From Prorocentrum cordatum (taxonomy: Eukaryota), in contig CAUYUJ010000139.1 of assembly GCA_963575745.1 (NCBI GenBank), forward strand, positions 1 through 64,000: a stretch of 64,000 bases of DNA. Reading direction: 5' to 3'. A model generated the notes under the pieces. That model searched no databases and was not told where the DNA came from. It was given only the letters and a program-made list of their open reading frames with translations. Every line of letters begins with the position of its first letter. Within the stretch, counting starts at the first letter, position 1. This document shows, one piece after another, positions 12,966-28,020 of the stretch. A program made the translations under genes and the position numbers.

Positions 12966-13836
12966 AAGGCGGTCTTCGGAGGCCCTTGCGATCCCTCTGG
13001 AGGCCCTCGGCGGCTCTCGGAGAATTCCAGAGGCAGCGGCGGCGTCGGCGTCGACGTCGTCGGCTTTTCGTCACTGTCGTCGGCTGTTCGGCTTTTCGTC
13101 TTTTCGTCTTTTCGTCTTTTCGTCGTCGTCGTCGTCGTCGTCGTCTTTTCGTCGTCGTCGTCGTCGTCATTTCGTCGTCGTCGTCGTCGTCTTTTCGTCG
13201 TCGTCTTTTCGTCGTCGTCGTCGTCGTCGTCGTCGTCCTCGTCCTTGTCCTTGTCATCGCTCTTCTGCTGCTCCCCTCTCTGCCTCCTCCTCGCTCTCCT
13301 CGTCCGTCTCCCCCTCTTTCTTCTCCCCCTGTTCCTCTTCCTTCCCACTCCCCTCGAGTGCTGTTGGCCCTCCTGCTCTTCCCTCCTCCCTGCTGTTGCT
13401 TGCCCGCTCCTCCCTGCTTCTTCCCTGCCTGGCTGCCCCTCTGGCATGCTGGGATTGATGCGCTGTGCGGTGTGGGTGGGGGGGCGGGGGGGAGAGAAGG
13501 GTGCTCCCGTCGTCCCATGGCCCTTCCTCCCTCCCTCCCTGCCGCTGCTTGCGCTCTCCCTCCTGCTTCTCCTTGCCTGGTTACCCCACTGGCATGCTGG
13601 GCTTGATACGGTGTGCGGTGCGGGTGGGGGGCAAGAGAAGAGCACTCCCGGCGTCCTGCGGCCGTCCCTCTCTTTCAGGGGCTCAAGAGGCGGGGCTCGG
13701 TGCAGACAGGGGTCAGCCGGAGCGCTGGATTCTGCAGGATCCTGCAGAGCCAGGGGCGTTTCGACCCAGCCAAGGGTATCGACCCGGGTCAGTAGATCCC
13801 CGACTACCTTTTCCCTCCTGCCCTCCCCCCTTCCCC

Positions 13837-14635
<799 letters not shown>

Positions 14636-14735
14636 NNNNNNNNNNNNNNNNNNNNNNNNNNNNNNNNNNNNNNNNNNNNNNNNNNNNNNNNNNNNNNNNN
14701 NNNNNNNNNNNNNNNNNNNNNNNNNNNNNNNNNNN
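14636..14735. other. Assembly gap (100 N)
   Basis: Run of N. Contiguity across the gap is not guaranteed. Confidence 1.
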
Positions 14736-15819
14736 GAGGAGGGGGAGGAGGAGGAGGAGGAGGAAACGTGCTCAACGACATGATCGAACACCAGGAACAG
14801 GTGCAACACCATGCGCTCCAGGCTGAAGAACATTCTCCAGGGAGCGGCGATCGGCACAGCTGAGCAGCAGGAGACCCGCCCCGAAATCCAGATCGACATG
14901 CAGAAAGAAACGACGTGGAGGGAACGAGACTCAATGCAAGAGATACGCACCGAGGCGGCGACCCAAGAGTATCACTCTGTCCAGCAAGCATCGGCACTAG
15001 CATGTTCAGGAGGAAGAGGAGAGCGCCCTCCGCCCTCCTCACCCCGCCACCCATCAGCAAAACGACACCAACCAACCACGTGCCGCCAAGCAATACGACA
15101 ACACATGACATAACGATGCCGACTAAACTACGGTCGGCACCACTACACAAAACGACACCACCAAACGAGACGGCACCAACCATCACCGCGACACTAAACC
15201 AGCTCAACTGCACCAAACAAATAACATGTATCAGCCAGCACAACGGTGCCAACGCAGCAACATAACACCAACCAACAAATGGACGTTGAACCTGCAAAGT
15301 GTCACCAGCCGTCATAATGTCACCCAACGACAAAGCGGCACAGTCCGTTTTGGAGCACGCATTCCCTGCGACGGGCGGTCGGATTTTAGGACCTGTCCCT
15401 CTTCATCGCGATCTTCACCTTGCCCAGGTGTAGAGCCCATAGCATGGTGACAATCATTACACTCGTAGGCAGCGTTAGCCGAGAACAATTTCACAACCAC
15501 CCACACTGGCACAGGATGGCCATGGACTTGCCTCCAGGCCGGCTGGCAACAGAGCGGCCTCCAGGCTAGACTCCGCTTCTGCTCACACTGCCCTGCTCAG
15601 TCTGCAGGCTGTGCGATGTGTGCGCATTTTTTCTCAGACCAGTGCTTTCATTTAGGGGCTCTTACTTGTAACTGGTTGTGTATTCCGGGTTTTCGCCTGG
15701 TGCCCGCCCGTGGGCGCGCGTGGGCGCCTCGTGGGCGCTTCGTGGGCGCCCCGCGCTTGGGGTGTATATCGAGGTTTCGCCTGGTGCCCGCCCGAGCGCG
15801 CCTCCTCGGCGCCCCGATA

Positions 15820-16120
15820 GCTTGCGCCACGTAGATTGCACCACGTAGATTGCAGATTCGAGCGTGCACCATATCTCCTGCACCACATAGCTCGCACTAC
15901 ATTGTTTGAGCCACATAAGCAGCCTGCACCACGTAGACTGCGCCAGGTAGGTTTCACCACGTAGCTTGTACTACACAGCTTGCACCACAGCTTGTACCAC
16001 ATGGCTTACATGACATAGCTTCCATCACGTAGCATGCACCACATAGATGGCACCACTCAGATTTCACCACGTAGATCGCACCACATAGCGTTCACCACGT
16101 AGCTTGCACTACGTAGCTTG
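15820..16120 (+). repeat. Degenerate ~14-15-bp minisatellite (gcaccacgtagctt)
   Basis: Repeated caccacgtag/caccacatag units. Confidence 0.8.
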
Positions 16121-17196
16121 AATCAGACTGTTGTACCATATCGTATATGGCCACAGGGCAAGCACTCGCTTTCTTGGGTCCGCGTTGGCTGACATTTTGA
16201 TATGGACACAACTTGAAGTCCACCACTGCCTGGAGGCAGCCATGAAAGAACACCCGGCCTGGACGCCAGTCCGTTAGCAGCAGCCCTTGCTTGAAGGCCG
16301 GTACGTTGCGTAGCTGTAGTGGTAGTAGCAGTGGTATTGGTCGTCATAGTTGTCGCCGCATCAGTAGCGGTAGAAGGGCGGGCGAGAGGAGAAGGAGGAG
16401 GAGGAGGAGGAGGAGGAGGAGAATGATGATGAGGATGAGGATGAGGATGAGGAGGAGGAGGAGGAGGAGGAGGAAACGGGAATGGGAGATTTCTTTCAGC
16501 GTCCAGGGTACCGACTGGGCGACCTGTTGACCATGTTCAACACAATTCGTGCCGCAGGACTCTGCAACAAAGGTTTGCGCGCTGTTCGAGGTTCGCGTGG
16601 CGCACTCCCGTGTCATGCACAGGTGCACTACATTTCAGCAAGGGTGTTAGAAGCATTACGTTTGGGACGATGGTCTGGGTCTTTTGCGGCATCTCGGCGT
16701 GCAGAAACCTCGGAGAAGAAGAGGGTCCTTTTAGCAATCCCTACGGTATTCGTCATTCGAGGGTCCGCTTTCTCATGCGATGTTCTCTTTTCCTCGTGCT
16801 CGACTGTATTGTATCATCCTCCCCCCCCCTTCTTGCTGCCATCGGAGCGATCGCTTTTCGCCTGCTTCGTGAGCGTAGTCTCAGGAGGTCGCTAGCAGTC
16901 TCGGGGGTTCCCTGGAGGTCTCTGGACGCCTCAAGAAGGGCCCAACCTTCAAAAGCTTGATCCTCGATTGTCGTCGTCGTCGTCGTCGTCGTCGCAGTCG
17001 TCGTCGCCGCCGTCGGCGGCGGCCCGCGGCGTCGTCGTTGTCGTCGTCGGCGGCGGCGGCGGCGGTGTAGTCGGCGTCGTCGTCTGCGGCGTCGGCGTCC
17101 GCAGCGTCGGCGGCGTGGTCGGCGTCGTCGTTGGCGGCGTTCTCGGCGGCGCTTTCGCTCGGTGCGCGCCGCAGCTCAATCGTCGGCTGGCCGCAG

Positions 17197-17236
17197 GCGA
17201 TGCGCAAGCTGGGGATCACGGTGGCGGACTTGCGAG
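17197..17236 (+). CDS. Candidate micro-exon of host gene (AMRKLGITVADLR)
   Basis: ccgcag|GCG...CGAG|gtgcgg, with GC-rich third codon positions, embedded in microsatellite. Confidence 0.45.
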
Positions 17237-17319
17237 GTGCGGGCGACTGCTGGCGGTTGGCAAGGGGGGGGCGAGGGGGGAGGAGGCGGAGGAGGAGGAT
17301 GACGGAAGGATGAGGGATG

Positions 17320-17498
17320 GATGAGGAGGGCGAGGATGAGGATGAGGATGAGGATGAGGGTGATGAGGGTGAGGATGAGGAGGATCAGGAGGAGAAGGAG
17401 AAGGAGATGGAGATGGAGGAGGCGGAAGAGGGGGGGGGAGAAGGATGATGATGATGGTGATGATGCTGCTTCTGATGATGCTGATGTTGAGGTTGATG

Positions 17499-17554
<56 letters not shown>

Positions 17555-18786
17555 GTGGTGAGCATGGTGATTATGCTGCTGCTGATGATGGTGATGATGA
17601 TGTTGTTGATGTTGGTGGTGTTGTTGTTGCTGTTGCTGTTGGTGTTGTTGCTGTTGTTGGTGTTGTTGTTGTTGTTGTTGTTGTTGTTGGGGTTGTTGTG
17701 TTTTCAGGGATGGCGTGGTTGTTGCTGCTGTTTTTGTTGTTGCTGCTATTGTCGCTGTTGATGAGGAGGCTGATGATGATGGCGGTGGTGGTGTTGATGA
17801 TCTTGATGATGACGACGATGGTGGTGATGCTTATGGTGATGAGGATGGTGATGCTGATGATGGTGATGGCAACCACGAGAGAAAGAGGAATAGCATGTCG
17901 ACGAAGTAGGAGGAGGCCACATCAGGAATAAGACGACGACCGATGACGACGACGAGGAGGGTGAGGAGGATGAGAAAGAGGAAGATGATAAGGAATAATG
18001 GAAAGAGGGTAGCGGGGACACATAGGAGGATAAAGGATGAGACGTCAGATGAGGATATGGGCAGAGGAGTAGAAGAGGAATGGAGTAGAAGGGGGATAAG
18101 AAGAATTCTGATGATGATGTTGATGCTGATGCTGCTGATGATGATGCTGCTGATGATGATGCTGATGATGATGCTGATGATGATGATACTGATGCTGATG
18201 CTGACGATGAGGATGATGACGACGATGCTGTTACCCATGCTGCTGCTCATGCTGATGATGCCGATGATGCTGCTGATGCTGATGCTGATGATGACGACGA
18301 TGATGATGATGATGACCAGGATGATGAGGATGACGATGATGATGCTGCTGTTGATGCTGATGATGCTGAGGCTGATGATGATGCTGATGATGGTGATGAG
18401 GATGATGATTCTGATGCTGCTGATGATGATGTTAACGGTGATGGTGATGATGATGATGATGATGATGTTGATGATGATGGTGATGATGATGATGATGATG
18501 ATGATTCTGATGATGATGATGATGATGACGATGATGATGCTGATGACGCTGCTGCTGTTGATGATGATGCTGGTGATGGTGATGATGCTGATGCTATTGG
18601 TGATGATGCTGATGATGCTGATGATGATGCTGCTGCTGATCATGATGACGATGATGACGATGCTGATGACGATGATGACGATGATGATGATGCTGATGAT
18701 GATGATGAGGAGGATGATTATGATGCTGCTGATGATGATGATGATGATGATGAGGATTCTGATGCTGCTGATGATGATATTAACGG

Positions 18787-18842
<56 letters not shown>

Positions 18843-18885
18843 CTGATGCTGATGCTGATGATGATGATGCTGATGATGAGGATGC

Positions 18886-18929
<44 letters not shown>

Positions 18930-18958
18930 GTGATGATGGTGATGATGAGGAGGAGGCA
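17320..18958 (+). repeat. Degenerate (GAT)n/(GAG)n/(GTT)n microsatellite field
   Basis: Direct inspection. Confidence 0.95.
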
Positions 18959-20651
18959 TCGTATTAGGAGATAGGAGAGGATCAAGAAGAGGGAATCGAG
19001 GAGAGGGAGGAGCGAAAGGATACGGAAGAAGGGGGAGGCGACGGAAGAGGAGCACGAGGAAAAGAAGGGTATGACGAGGGATCAGGAAGAGGAGGATGGC
19101 GAGCAGGGCAGACACAATTAGCGAGTATAGGAAAGAGAGTGGGATGGGAACCTCGAATTTTACAGCTCGCGAGTGTGCAGAGAGACTCACCGCTCCTTCC
19201 CCTGTTCATCCACCGTCCTCTTCTTCTCGTTTTCGCCTTCGTCCCGTCTCCCTCCCCCCCTCCTGCCTATCCCTCCGCCTCTTCCCCCTCTGCTCCTCCC
19301 TCCTTCCCTCCCTCCCTCCCTTCTTCTTCTCCCCCTTCCCCGCCTCCTCGTCCTTCTCTTTGCTCCTTGCTCCCTCATCTCTCCCTCTTTGTCCTCCTCC
19401 TCATCCTTATTTCTTCCGTCACGACTACTCGATCTGAATGCTGTTCTCCTCTCTCCCCCGAAGATGGCCACTAAGTCGCCCGCCCCCCTCCGCGTATTGG
19501 CTATTGTACACAGGATTTCACGGTTGGTCTTTCCTGCGAGTCTTTCCAATCGGAACGTGTCCGGTGCTTCGCAATGGTGCTCCCGCTGCAGTTTTGGACC
19601 CCATTTTAGGATCGGCACTTTGCTCCCATCGTTCAAATTGGCGCTCTCGGCCCTGCGCGGGCCACTTTTCTGGATCCGAGTGCTTCCTCATCGTTGTCGC
19701 CCCGCTCCTTTCCCCTCCCCCGCCTTCCCCTGGACATCATGCTCCTCTCGCTTCTTTCACTCCTGCTGCTGCTGCTGTTCCTCCTCGTCCTCCTCTTTCC
19801 GCATCCGTCTCCTCGTCCTCCTCCTCCTCCTCCTCCTCCTCTTCCTCCTGCTCATCCTCCTGCCCATACGCCACCTCCTCCTCCTCCTCCTCCTCCTCCT
19901 CCTCCTCCTCCAATGTACGTGACTCCTCTTTCGCGACTGCGCATGACACAATGGGGTCCTTCTTGGGGTTTCAAGTCCGCAATGACGCCCGTCGGCGGAT
20001 ATATAGAGAGAAAACAGTGCAATTGGAAGGGATGGGTGGGCGGGGTAGGTCTTCCTCCTCCTCGTCCTTGGTCTTCTCTGCGCCCCTCCCCCCTCGTAGC
20101 TCTCCTCCTTCCCCTTCCCCCCCGACGCAAGGGGCAGGGGGCGTCGGCTATGCGTCGGAGTGCCACCTCAGGGCCTCCCAGATTGGGCTGGAGCAGAGCG
20201 AGTCGGGGGACCGCGCCGCATCGGCGATGCATCGGCGATGCGGCTCGATGTGTCGCCGATGCCTCGCCGGCGTCGCCGAAGCTTCGCCCGCGCGAGGGGC
20301 CCGTCGAGGCCCCCGCGGCCCGCCGCGCTGCGAGGCCGCGCTCTCCGCTCGGCGGGGCGGCCGTCCTCGCCCCCTCGCGGCGCAGGGGGGGGGGGGGGCG
20401 AGGCGAGCCGCGCCGCCCGCTGCCAGCGGTCCTCTCCCCGAGACGGCGGAGGGAAGACGGCGCGGCTGGCGTCGCAAGTCGGCCACGCGCAGGGGGCCCA
20501 GAGGTCCGAGGATCTGACTTTTTCAACGCGGCGTGTTTTTTTGGTCGTTTCTGGATTTCGGCCTCCGCCAGGACGAAAAGCCACTCCCAGGGACGGGGTC
20601 GAGACGGCGCGGCTGGCGTCGCAAATTTACCACCCACCAAACCACCCCAAC

Positions 20652-20816
20652 CAAACCCGAAGGCCCCAGCTTGCCCCATTCCATGTGGGTGGGGCGACCG
20701 GGCGACGAGGAAAGTGAAAAATCACACGTGGAGCAAACCCGAAGGCCCCAGCTTGCCCCATTCCCTGTGGGTGGGGCGACCGGGCGACGAGGAAAGTGAA
20801 AAATCACACGTGGAGC
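20652..20816 (+). repeat. 82-bp tandem duplication (one mismatch)
   Basis: caaacccgaaggccccagcttgcccc...aatcacacgtggag starts at 20652 and again at 20734. Confidence 0.9.
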
Positions 20817-20887
20817 CCGTACCCCACCCCACCCGAACTTTAGGTCTTCGGGTTAGGTTGGGGTGGCTTGGTAGGTAGTCACAAATC

Positions 20888-21060
20888 GGCCACGCGCAGA
20901 GGGGGGTGAGGGGAGGGGGGAAGGCTTCTTAGAAGCACCCCTGCTTCCTGGAAGGAGCGGCCCTTGTCTGTAGCTGCAAGGCCAGCGCCTTCGAAGAGGC
21001 AGCCTCCTTCTGAGAAGCCTGCCGCCCTCCCCCTCACCCTACCCCCCTTGCACGCGCCGC
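20888..21060. mobile_element. Foldback/MITE-like element, family starting ggccacgcgcag
   Basis: G-rich arm + ggcttcttagaag pairs with cttctgagaagcc + C-rich arm. Related copies at 34009-34181 and 62167-62257. Confidence 0.6.
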
Positions 21061-21494
21061 TGAGCAAACCCAGACACGATGGCGTCGTAAAACATCAGAT
21101 CGGAGGTGTTTGTTTCTCCGTTTTCGGCATCTGGAGGTCCTCGCTGAGCCTCCAGGCCGTCAACAAAACGGTTCAGGATGAAGAGCCGGAGGCCGTGGGA
21201 CTTCCGGGGACTCCGTATGTCAAAAATCAGGATGTCGCATTTCTGGGAAGATGCAGTTTAATTTTTGAAGTCAGCGGGCGCAAGCGCGTCGAAGCCAGTA
21301 CAGGCGCCTGTCCGGTTATGGGCGGGACACGACGGGAACGAATTGTACTACAGAAAACGGAGAGGGACGCAGGGAAGACAAACGGAGGTGGGAACCACTC
21401 AGAACGTGAAGTCCTTCGTGGGCATGCCGATGGTGTGCAAGGCGCAGAAGCTCGGCTGCGTAACAAGCAGCGGGTGGCCAGGGTCGCAAAGATA

Positions 21495-21665
21495 CCGTCA
21501 AGTCGCATACCAAGAGGATGCGCGGTAAGGATGCATGGGCTTTGAAGGGCCATGTTGGCGTTTTTGAGCGGGATCGGCAAGCAAACGTCGCCAGGGACGG
21601 GCCGAAGGGGCAAGGAGGCCAATGGTAGCCTCGGATCGTCTCATCCTTACTATGCGACTTGACTG
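21495..21665 (-). mobile_element. Second copy of the CAGTC-ended MITE
   Basis: 13-bp perfect TIR gtcaagtcgcata...tatgcgacttgac; homologous to 12808-12965. Confidence 0.75.
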
Positions 21666-22093
21666 TGGCGTGCTACGTCGCGCCGCCGGCCCGCTTATTG
21701 CACGCTGTCCCCCACCTTGGGGATAGCGTGCGCCGACGAGGCCCTCGCAGGGGCATGGCGTGCAGCGTGATTTTCGGAGATCGATGTTGTACGCTATCTT
21801 CGCATCGCCAACTGTAACACTGGAACGATTGAAATGGGTATGGAAAGAACGGGCACGAAAACCAACAGCGGTTTCTCTCCATTTTGAACAGGGTTCGCTG
21901 TCGGTGTCGTCGTGGACGGTGTCCACTTGAGGCAGAACGTCGCCTGCCCGACAGCGGCCGCTGCCGGTTTTGGACAACACTTGTTGTTCGACATCGTGCC
22001 CACTTCTTCGCGCAGGGGGAAGGAGCCGCCCTGCTTGCTGCCGGCAGCCCTCTCCCCGATACGACGGAGGGAAGACGGCAGCCAGAACGATCG

Positions 22094-22305
22094 AAATTCG
22101 GCGGCGCGCTTGGGGGGAAGTGAGAGGGGGCAGGGCTTGTCAGAAAGCTCAGAAGGCCCCTGGCCTCCTGAGAGGTTTTCTGGGCCTTCTCCGTCGACAG
22201 AGACGGCTTCTCAGAAGGCCGGGGGGCTTTGAGCTTTGAGAAGCCCCGCCGCCTTCTGAGAATGCCCGCCCCCTCACTTCCCCCCCAGGCGCACCGCCGA
22301 GAAAT
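22094..22305. mobile_element. Foldback element with ~45-bp imperfect inverted arms
   Basis: cggcggcgcgcttggggggaagtgagagggggc pairs with gccccctcacttccccccaggcgcaccgccg. Confidence 0.6.
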
Positions 22306-24054
22306 GGGTATCGGAGGAGGCGGAGGAGGAGGAGGAGGAGGAGGGGGAGGAGGAGGAGGAGGAGGAGGAGGAGGAGGAGGAGGACAGAGGGGAGGAGAGG
22401 GAGGTGGAGGGGGAAGGCCAGGGGGGAGGAGGAAAAGGAGGCGGAGGAGGAGGAGGAAGAGAAGGAGGAGGAGGAGGAGGATGTGGAGGAGGAGGAGGAG
22501 AAGGAGGAGGAAGAGGGGGAGGAGGAGTAGGAGGAGGAGGAGGAGGAGGAGCAGGAGGAGGAGGAGGAGGAGGAGGAGGAGGAGGAGGGAGGGAGAAGGA
22601 GGAGGGGGAGGACGAGGCAGGCCACGGCGAGCGCGCAGGCGAGAGGCTGGGGCTGGCGGGGCATAGCCGCCTGCGAGGACCGCTCGCGGCGGGGCCCCTT
22701 GTGCAGAGGCATTTTGAGGTTTAGCGGGCGGCCACGTGAGGCTCTGGCGGGAAAGTTGCTGCAGGAGAAGCAATCCAAAGGACTCGCCTCCCCTCTTTCC
22801 CTTGCCCCCCGTTCTGTCAAGGTGAAGATATACCAAGAGAAGGAACACATCCCTCCCTCCCTCCCCCTCCAGGTGAGCCGGCTGGCAGTCTGCCCCCGCG
22901 GAAGGCGGAGATGCTGCACAGGAAGCGCCTCGGGCTGCTGGCGGAGGTGGCCGTGACCTCCAACCCTCCCTGGGGCAGCAGGGGGGGAGAGGAGGGACGT
23001 GTGCTGTCATATGGTGACGGCGACAACCAGAACGACGACAAGGACAATGGTGATGATGATGGTGATGCTGATGATGCTGATGATAATGGTGATGATGATG
23101 CTGATGATGAGGATGCTGATTTTGTTGTTTTTGTCGATGATGGTGGTGGTGCTGTTGTTGCTGTTGTTGATAGTGGTGAGTATGATGGCGATGCTGATGC
23201 TGCTGTTGATGATGATGATGATCGTGGTGGTGGTGATGATGCTGCTGTCGACGGCAATGATCGTGGCGATGCTGGTGATGGTGATTCGGACGAGGATGAC
23301 GGCAGCGGCGACACACACGACGACGACAACGACGACCCGGCGATGGTGATGATAATGAAGGGGGTGATTATTTCATACATCCCATGTGGGGCTCTTGTTT
23401 TCTCCGGACATCCCCGCGCAGGAAAAGGAACGCCCCAACATTATTACCGTCTTCATCATCACTCCATCGTCGTCATCCGCATCAGCGTCAGCATCAGCAT
23501 AGTCATCATCATCCCCATCGTCATCTTCATCATCAATAATTCGCCATCACCCCATCATGACTATCGGTTATCACCATCATCATCATCACCACACCATGTT
23601 TTCACATTCACCAGCGCCACAACACCATCATCACCACAGTATGTTCTCGCATGCACTCACACACTCACACATTCACACTCATCTGGATGAAGTCTCTAGC
23701 AGGATCTTCGTCTGTGAGTGAGTTTCGAGGAAGTGCCAGTCGAGAGCCCCCCTCCTCATTGGGCCCGCACTTCATTTTTTGTTCGTCATCCTGAAACGCG
23801 TAACTGACCTCACTTTTGCGACCACCACTCCTGCATATAGCGGAGGTCTCGAGCGGGCGCCTCTCTTGTGAGTGAACTGCGAGGAAGTCTCAGGCGGGAG
23901 CCCCCTCCCTATGGAGCCCGCAGCTCATGCTGCTAATCCGAGTGGGTCATCGTAGCACATCGTAGTCCTACTAGCAGTACTGGTAGGCAGCGATGCGTTA
24001 GGGGACCCCCGCGAGTCGATATGATATCATCAAATGACGCACGGCGGCACCGGT

Positions 24055-24178
24055 ATTATTATTACTATTACTACTACTGCTACTACTACTACTACTGCTA
24101 CTACTACTACTACTACTACTACTACTGCTACTCCTACTACTACTATTATTACTACTACTACTACTACTACAACTGCAG

Positions 24179-24250
<72 letters not shown>

Positions 24251-24333
24251 GTACTACTACTACGACGACGACTACTACTACTACTACTACTACTGATACT
24301 ACTACTACTACTGATACTATTACTACTACCCGA

Positions 24334-24410
<77 letters not shown>

Positions 24411-24445
24411 CACTTTTACGACTACTACTACTACTACCACTACCA

Positions 24446-24487
<42 letters not shown>

Positions 24488-24590
24488 TTACTACTACTAC
24501 TACTACTACTTGTACTACTACTACTACTACTACTACTACTACGACTACTACTATTACTACTTTTACTACTACTACTACTACTACCATTAA

Positions 24591-24635
<45 letters not shown>

Positions 24636-25072
24636 CAGTAATACTACTACGGCCATTACTAGTACTACTACTACTGCTACTACTACTACTACTACGACTA
24701 CTACTACTACCATAGTAGTAGTAGTAGTACTACTACTACTACAACTATATATACTACTACTATTAGTTCCTACATAGTACTATATCTACTACTGCCATGG
24801 TAGATAGATAGTAGTCGTAGTAGTAGTAGTTTAGTAAGTAGTAGTAGTAGTAGTAGTTGTAGTACTTACTACTACTTACTATAATATTGATAATTCGTGC
24901 CGGCGGCGACGGACGACGAGGACGACGCGTCGGACGATCGACGAGGGACGACGCGTCGACGGCGCGATCACGACGGACGACGAGACCGACGACGACGACG
25001 ACGGACGACGACGGACGACGACGACGACGACGACGACGGACGGACGACGCGACGACGACTACTACTACTACG

Positions 25073-25115
<43 letters not shown>

Positions 25116-25337
25116 TTACGACGACGACGACGACTACTGCTACGACGACTACTACAATTACTACTACTACTACTACTACGACTACTACTGCTACTTACTA
25201 GTACTATTACTACTACTCCTACTAATACTACTACTACTATACTTACCACTATTACGACTATACTATTTGTATTACTACTACACCAACTGCTACTACTACT
25301 AACTACTACTACTACTACTACTACTACTACACTACCA

Positions 25338-25409
<72 letters not shown>

Positions 25410-25476
25410 TCACTACTACTACTACTACTACTACTACTGCTACTACTACCACTACTACTACTACTACTATTGTTAT

Positions 25477-25523
<47 letters not shown>

Positions 25524-25540
25524 TTACTACTACTATTATT
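24055..25540 (+). repeat. (TAC)n microsatellite with internal (TAG)n and (GAC)n segments
   Basis: Direct inspection. Confidence 0.95.
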
Positions 25541-25689
25541 AGGGCACTGTTTGAGATTGACCCTGTAGCGTTGGCGATGGCGGAGCGGGAGGGTGGATAC
25601 GTGATTTCATCAAGTCTGTTACGCGACTCGCTGCAGGCATCGCCAAGTCCCCACGTCGCGCTCGCTGTTCAGAGGTAAGGAAAGGGAAG

Positions 25690-25721
<32 letters not shown>

Positions 25722-25930
25722 AAGAGTGAGAGAAACATGTACGTATCGGTACAAATATATATGTTTATAGATCGATAGAGAGAGAGTGAGAGAGAGAGAG
25801 AGAGAGAAAGAAAGGGAGAGAGAGGGAGAGAGAGAGAGAGAAAACACGAGTGCAAGAGGAGGACGGAGAGACTGAAAGAGGGAACGGACAAGAGAGAGAG
25901 GGAGAGATAGAGAGAGAGAGAGAGAGAGAG
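25690..25930 (+). repeat. (GA)n microsatellite
   Basis: Direct inspection. Confidence 0.9.
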
Positions 25931-27586
25931 ATCGGACCATCTGGGCGGAGTTTCGTCCTCGGCCCGGCGGGCAAGCGCGCCGCGCCCGAAGCAGCTCGGC
26001 CGGTGCTGTCTGCAAAAGGGGACCCTTCACACCCGTCTTGGACGGACGGCCAGGGGACAGGGTCCCGCGGAAAAGGGGGGAGGGGGGGGCTCTCCACAAG
26101 CGAGCAAATTGTTCACTGTGACGCTGCCTCGCAGCCGTCCGAGTCTCACCAGGTTGGGTAAAGCGAGGCCTGCACCCGTCTTTGGCGTGACGGTACCTCG
26201 CTGGTAGTGGCGGCATCCATCCAGCACCCCTTCAGGACCCGCGGTGGGGAAGGCCACAGCGGACGCTTGCCGGGCGGCGCGCGGGCCTCGAAGGGGGGGG
26301 TAGCTGGAGTTTCGCGCGAGAAGCGATTGGGCCGCGTGGACGGCGGCTGCGATGGAGGCGGAGGCGCCTGTCACCGAAGTGGCGAGCGAGGCTTGTCGCT
26401 GGACCGTGGCGTGAAGTCCACGCAGAGTGTCAAGGTGCTGTCGCGTCGTGCGGCAGACGTGGTCGGGCAAGGCCTGGACGTGCTCGAGCTGGCGGTCGAG
26501 CTGCTTCAGGCGGTCCGCCGCAGGCTGAGCCTGAGCCTGCATGGCTGGTTCCTGCGACGGGAGGGGGGCCAGCGCGGCCGTCTTAGCGGCGTGCCAGGCT
26601 CTACGCGCGACGGGTGCGATTCCCCAGCGCTCGGCCCGTGCCCGATCGGGGGGTCGGGCCGGGAAAGTGCGAGGCGCGCGCAAGGCGGTCAGGGTCCTCG
26701 TGGCGAAGGAGGATCAATAGAGGAGGCAGGCCAGAGGCCGCCACGGCGGGCACGCAGGGGAAGCCGCAATAATGGTGGGATGGGGGTCAATGCCACCATG
26801 ATCGGCCAGTTGCTGCAAGAAGTGGTCAGGGTCAGTGGCCGGCAGCCAGATGTCCGCGTCCAGACTTCACGGGCAATGGCCGTGCGGGAAGGTGACGCGC
26901 GGTGGCGGCAGTAAAGGGCCGTAAAGCGTGACCATTGCCTTCCAGTTGCCTGGACGGGGGTCGCCGGATTGTGCATTTGGATGCGCGTCCTGTGGTACTG
27001 CGCTGCGAGCTGACCCAGCAGGCGGGGCTGGGTGGTGGGCCACAGGGGCAGACGTGGCTCCGTCTCCCGAGGCTGATCCTGGGGGGTCGCATGGCAGGAG
27101 CGAGGCGTCGACGACCGGCGGCTGTTGGCCGTAGTGAACTTGGCCAGGGGTGTGCGGCCCCGGGGTCGTCAGGGGGCGGTTGTCCCTGTTACCTGTGGAA
27201 GAGTTGCTGGCGTTGCTCATGAGGGCGTCACTGTGTTTTCCGTCGCTGGCAGACGCGACGGTGGAGCGGTGCGCTGTGTTGCGCGGGTTCCCCAGGGTCG
27301 GTGCCTGGGGGATTAGCCAGGGCGGTGCCAGGTGGTGGGTCAGGTGGGTGACCCGGCCTGGAGTGGTCAGAGTGGTCTGACCCGTCGTCACTGGCAGAAG
27401 GGTCGGCGTGCCGGAACCAGTGGTGCCCGTCGAAAGAGGTTTCGGAGCGACATGATGTCCACGTCCCAGTCCCTAAGCGTCAGTGTCTCGCGTTTTTTCC
27501 CAGCCTCTGGCTTCGCGGAGCTGAACGGCCAGCTATCGCATGTTTTTGATCGCCCATCCGACTTATCGATTCGATTACACGCTCGA

Positions 27587-27682
<96 letters not shown>

Positions 27683-27821
27683 AATGTTGTTGCTGTTGTT
27701 GCTGTTGCTGATAGTGATGAGTATGATGGCGATGCTGATGCTGCTGTTGATGATGATGATGATGATGATGATGCTGATGATGATGATGATGATGCTGATG
27801 GTGATGCTGATGCTGATGATT

Positions 27822-27890
<69 letters not shown>

Positions 27891-27900
27891 CTGATGCTGC

Positions 27901-27955
<55 letters not shown>

Positions 27956-28020
27956 CATGATGATGATGATGATGATGCTGCTGCTGATGATGATGATGAT
28001 GATGATGATAATCATGATGG
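27587..28020 (+). repeat. (GAT)n microsatellite
   Basis: Direct inspection. Confidence 0.95.

Noticed and set aside
14760..15610. Protein-like unique sequence after the gap
   Set aside because: Short broken frames with no identifiable domain.
16490..16710. Faint resemblance to a CIA30-like domain fragment
   Set aside because: It needs several frameshifts and stop read-throughs, so it cannot be supported without a search.
26027..27570. Possible TE or gene fragment (218-aa minus-strand ORF with helical segment)
   Set aside because: No recognisable motif, and open frames are expected at this GC content.
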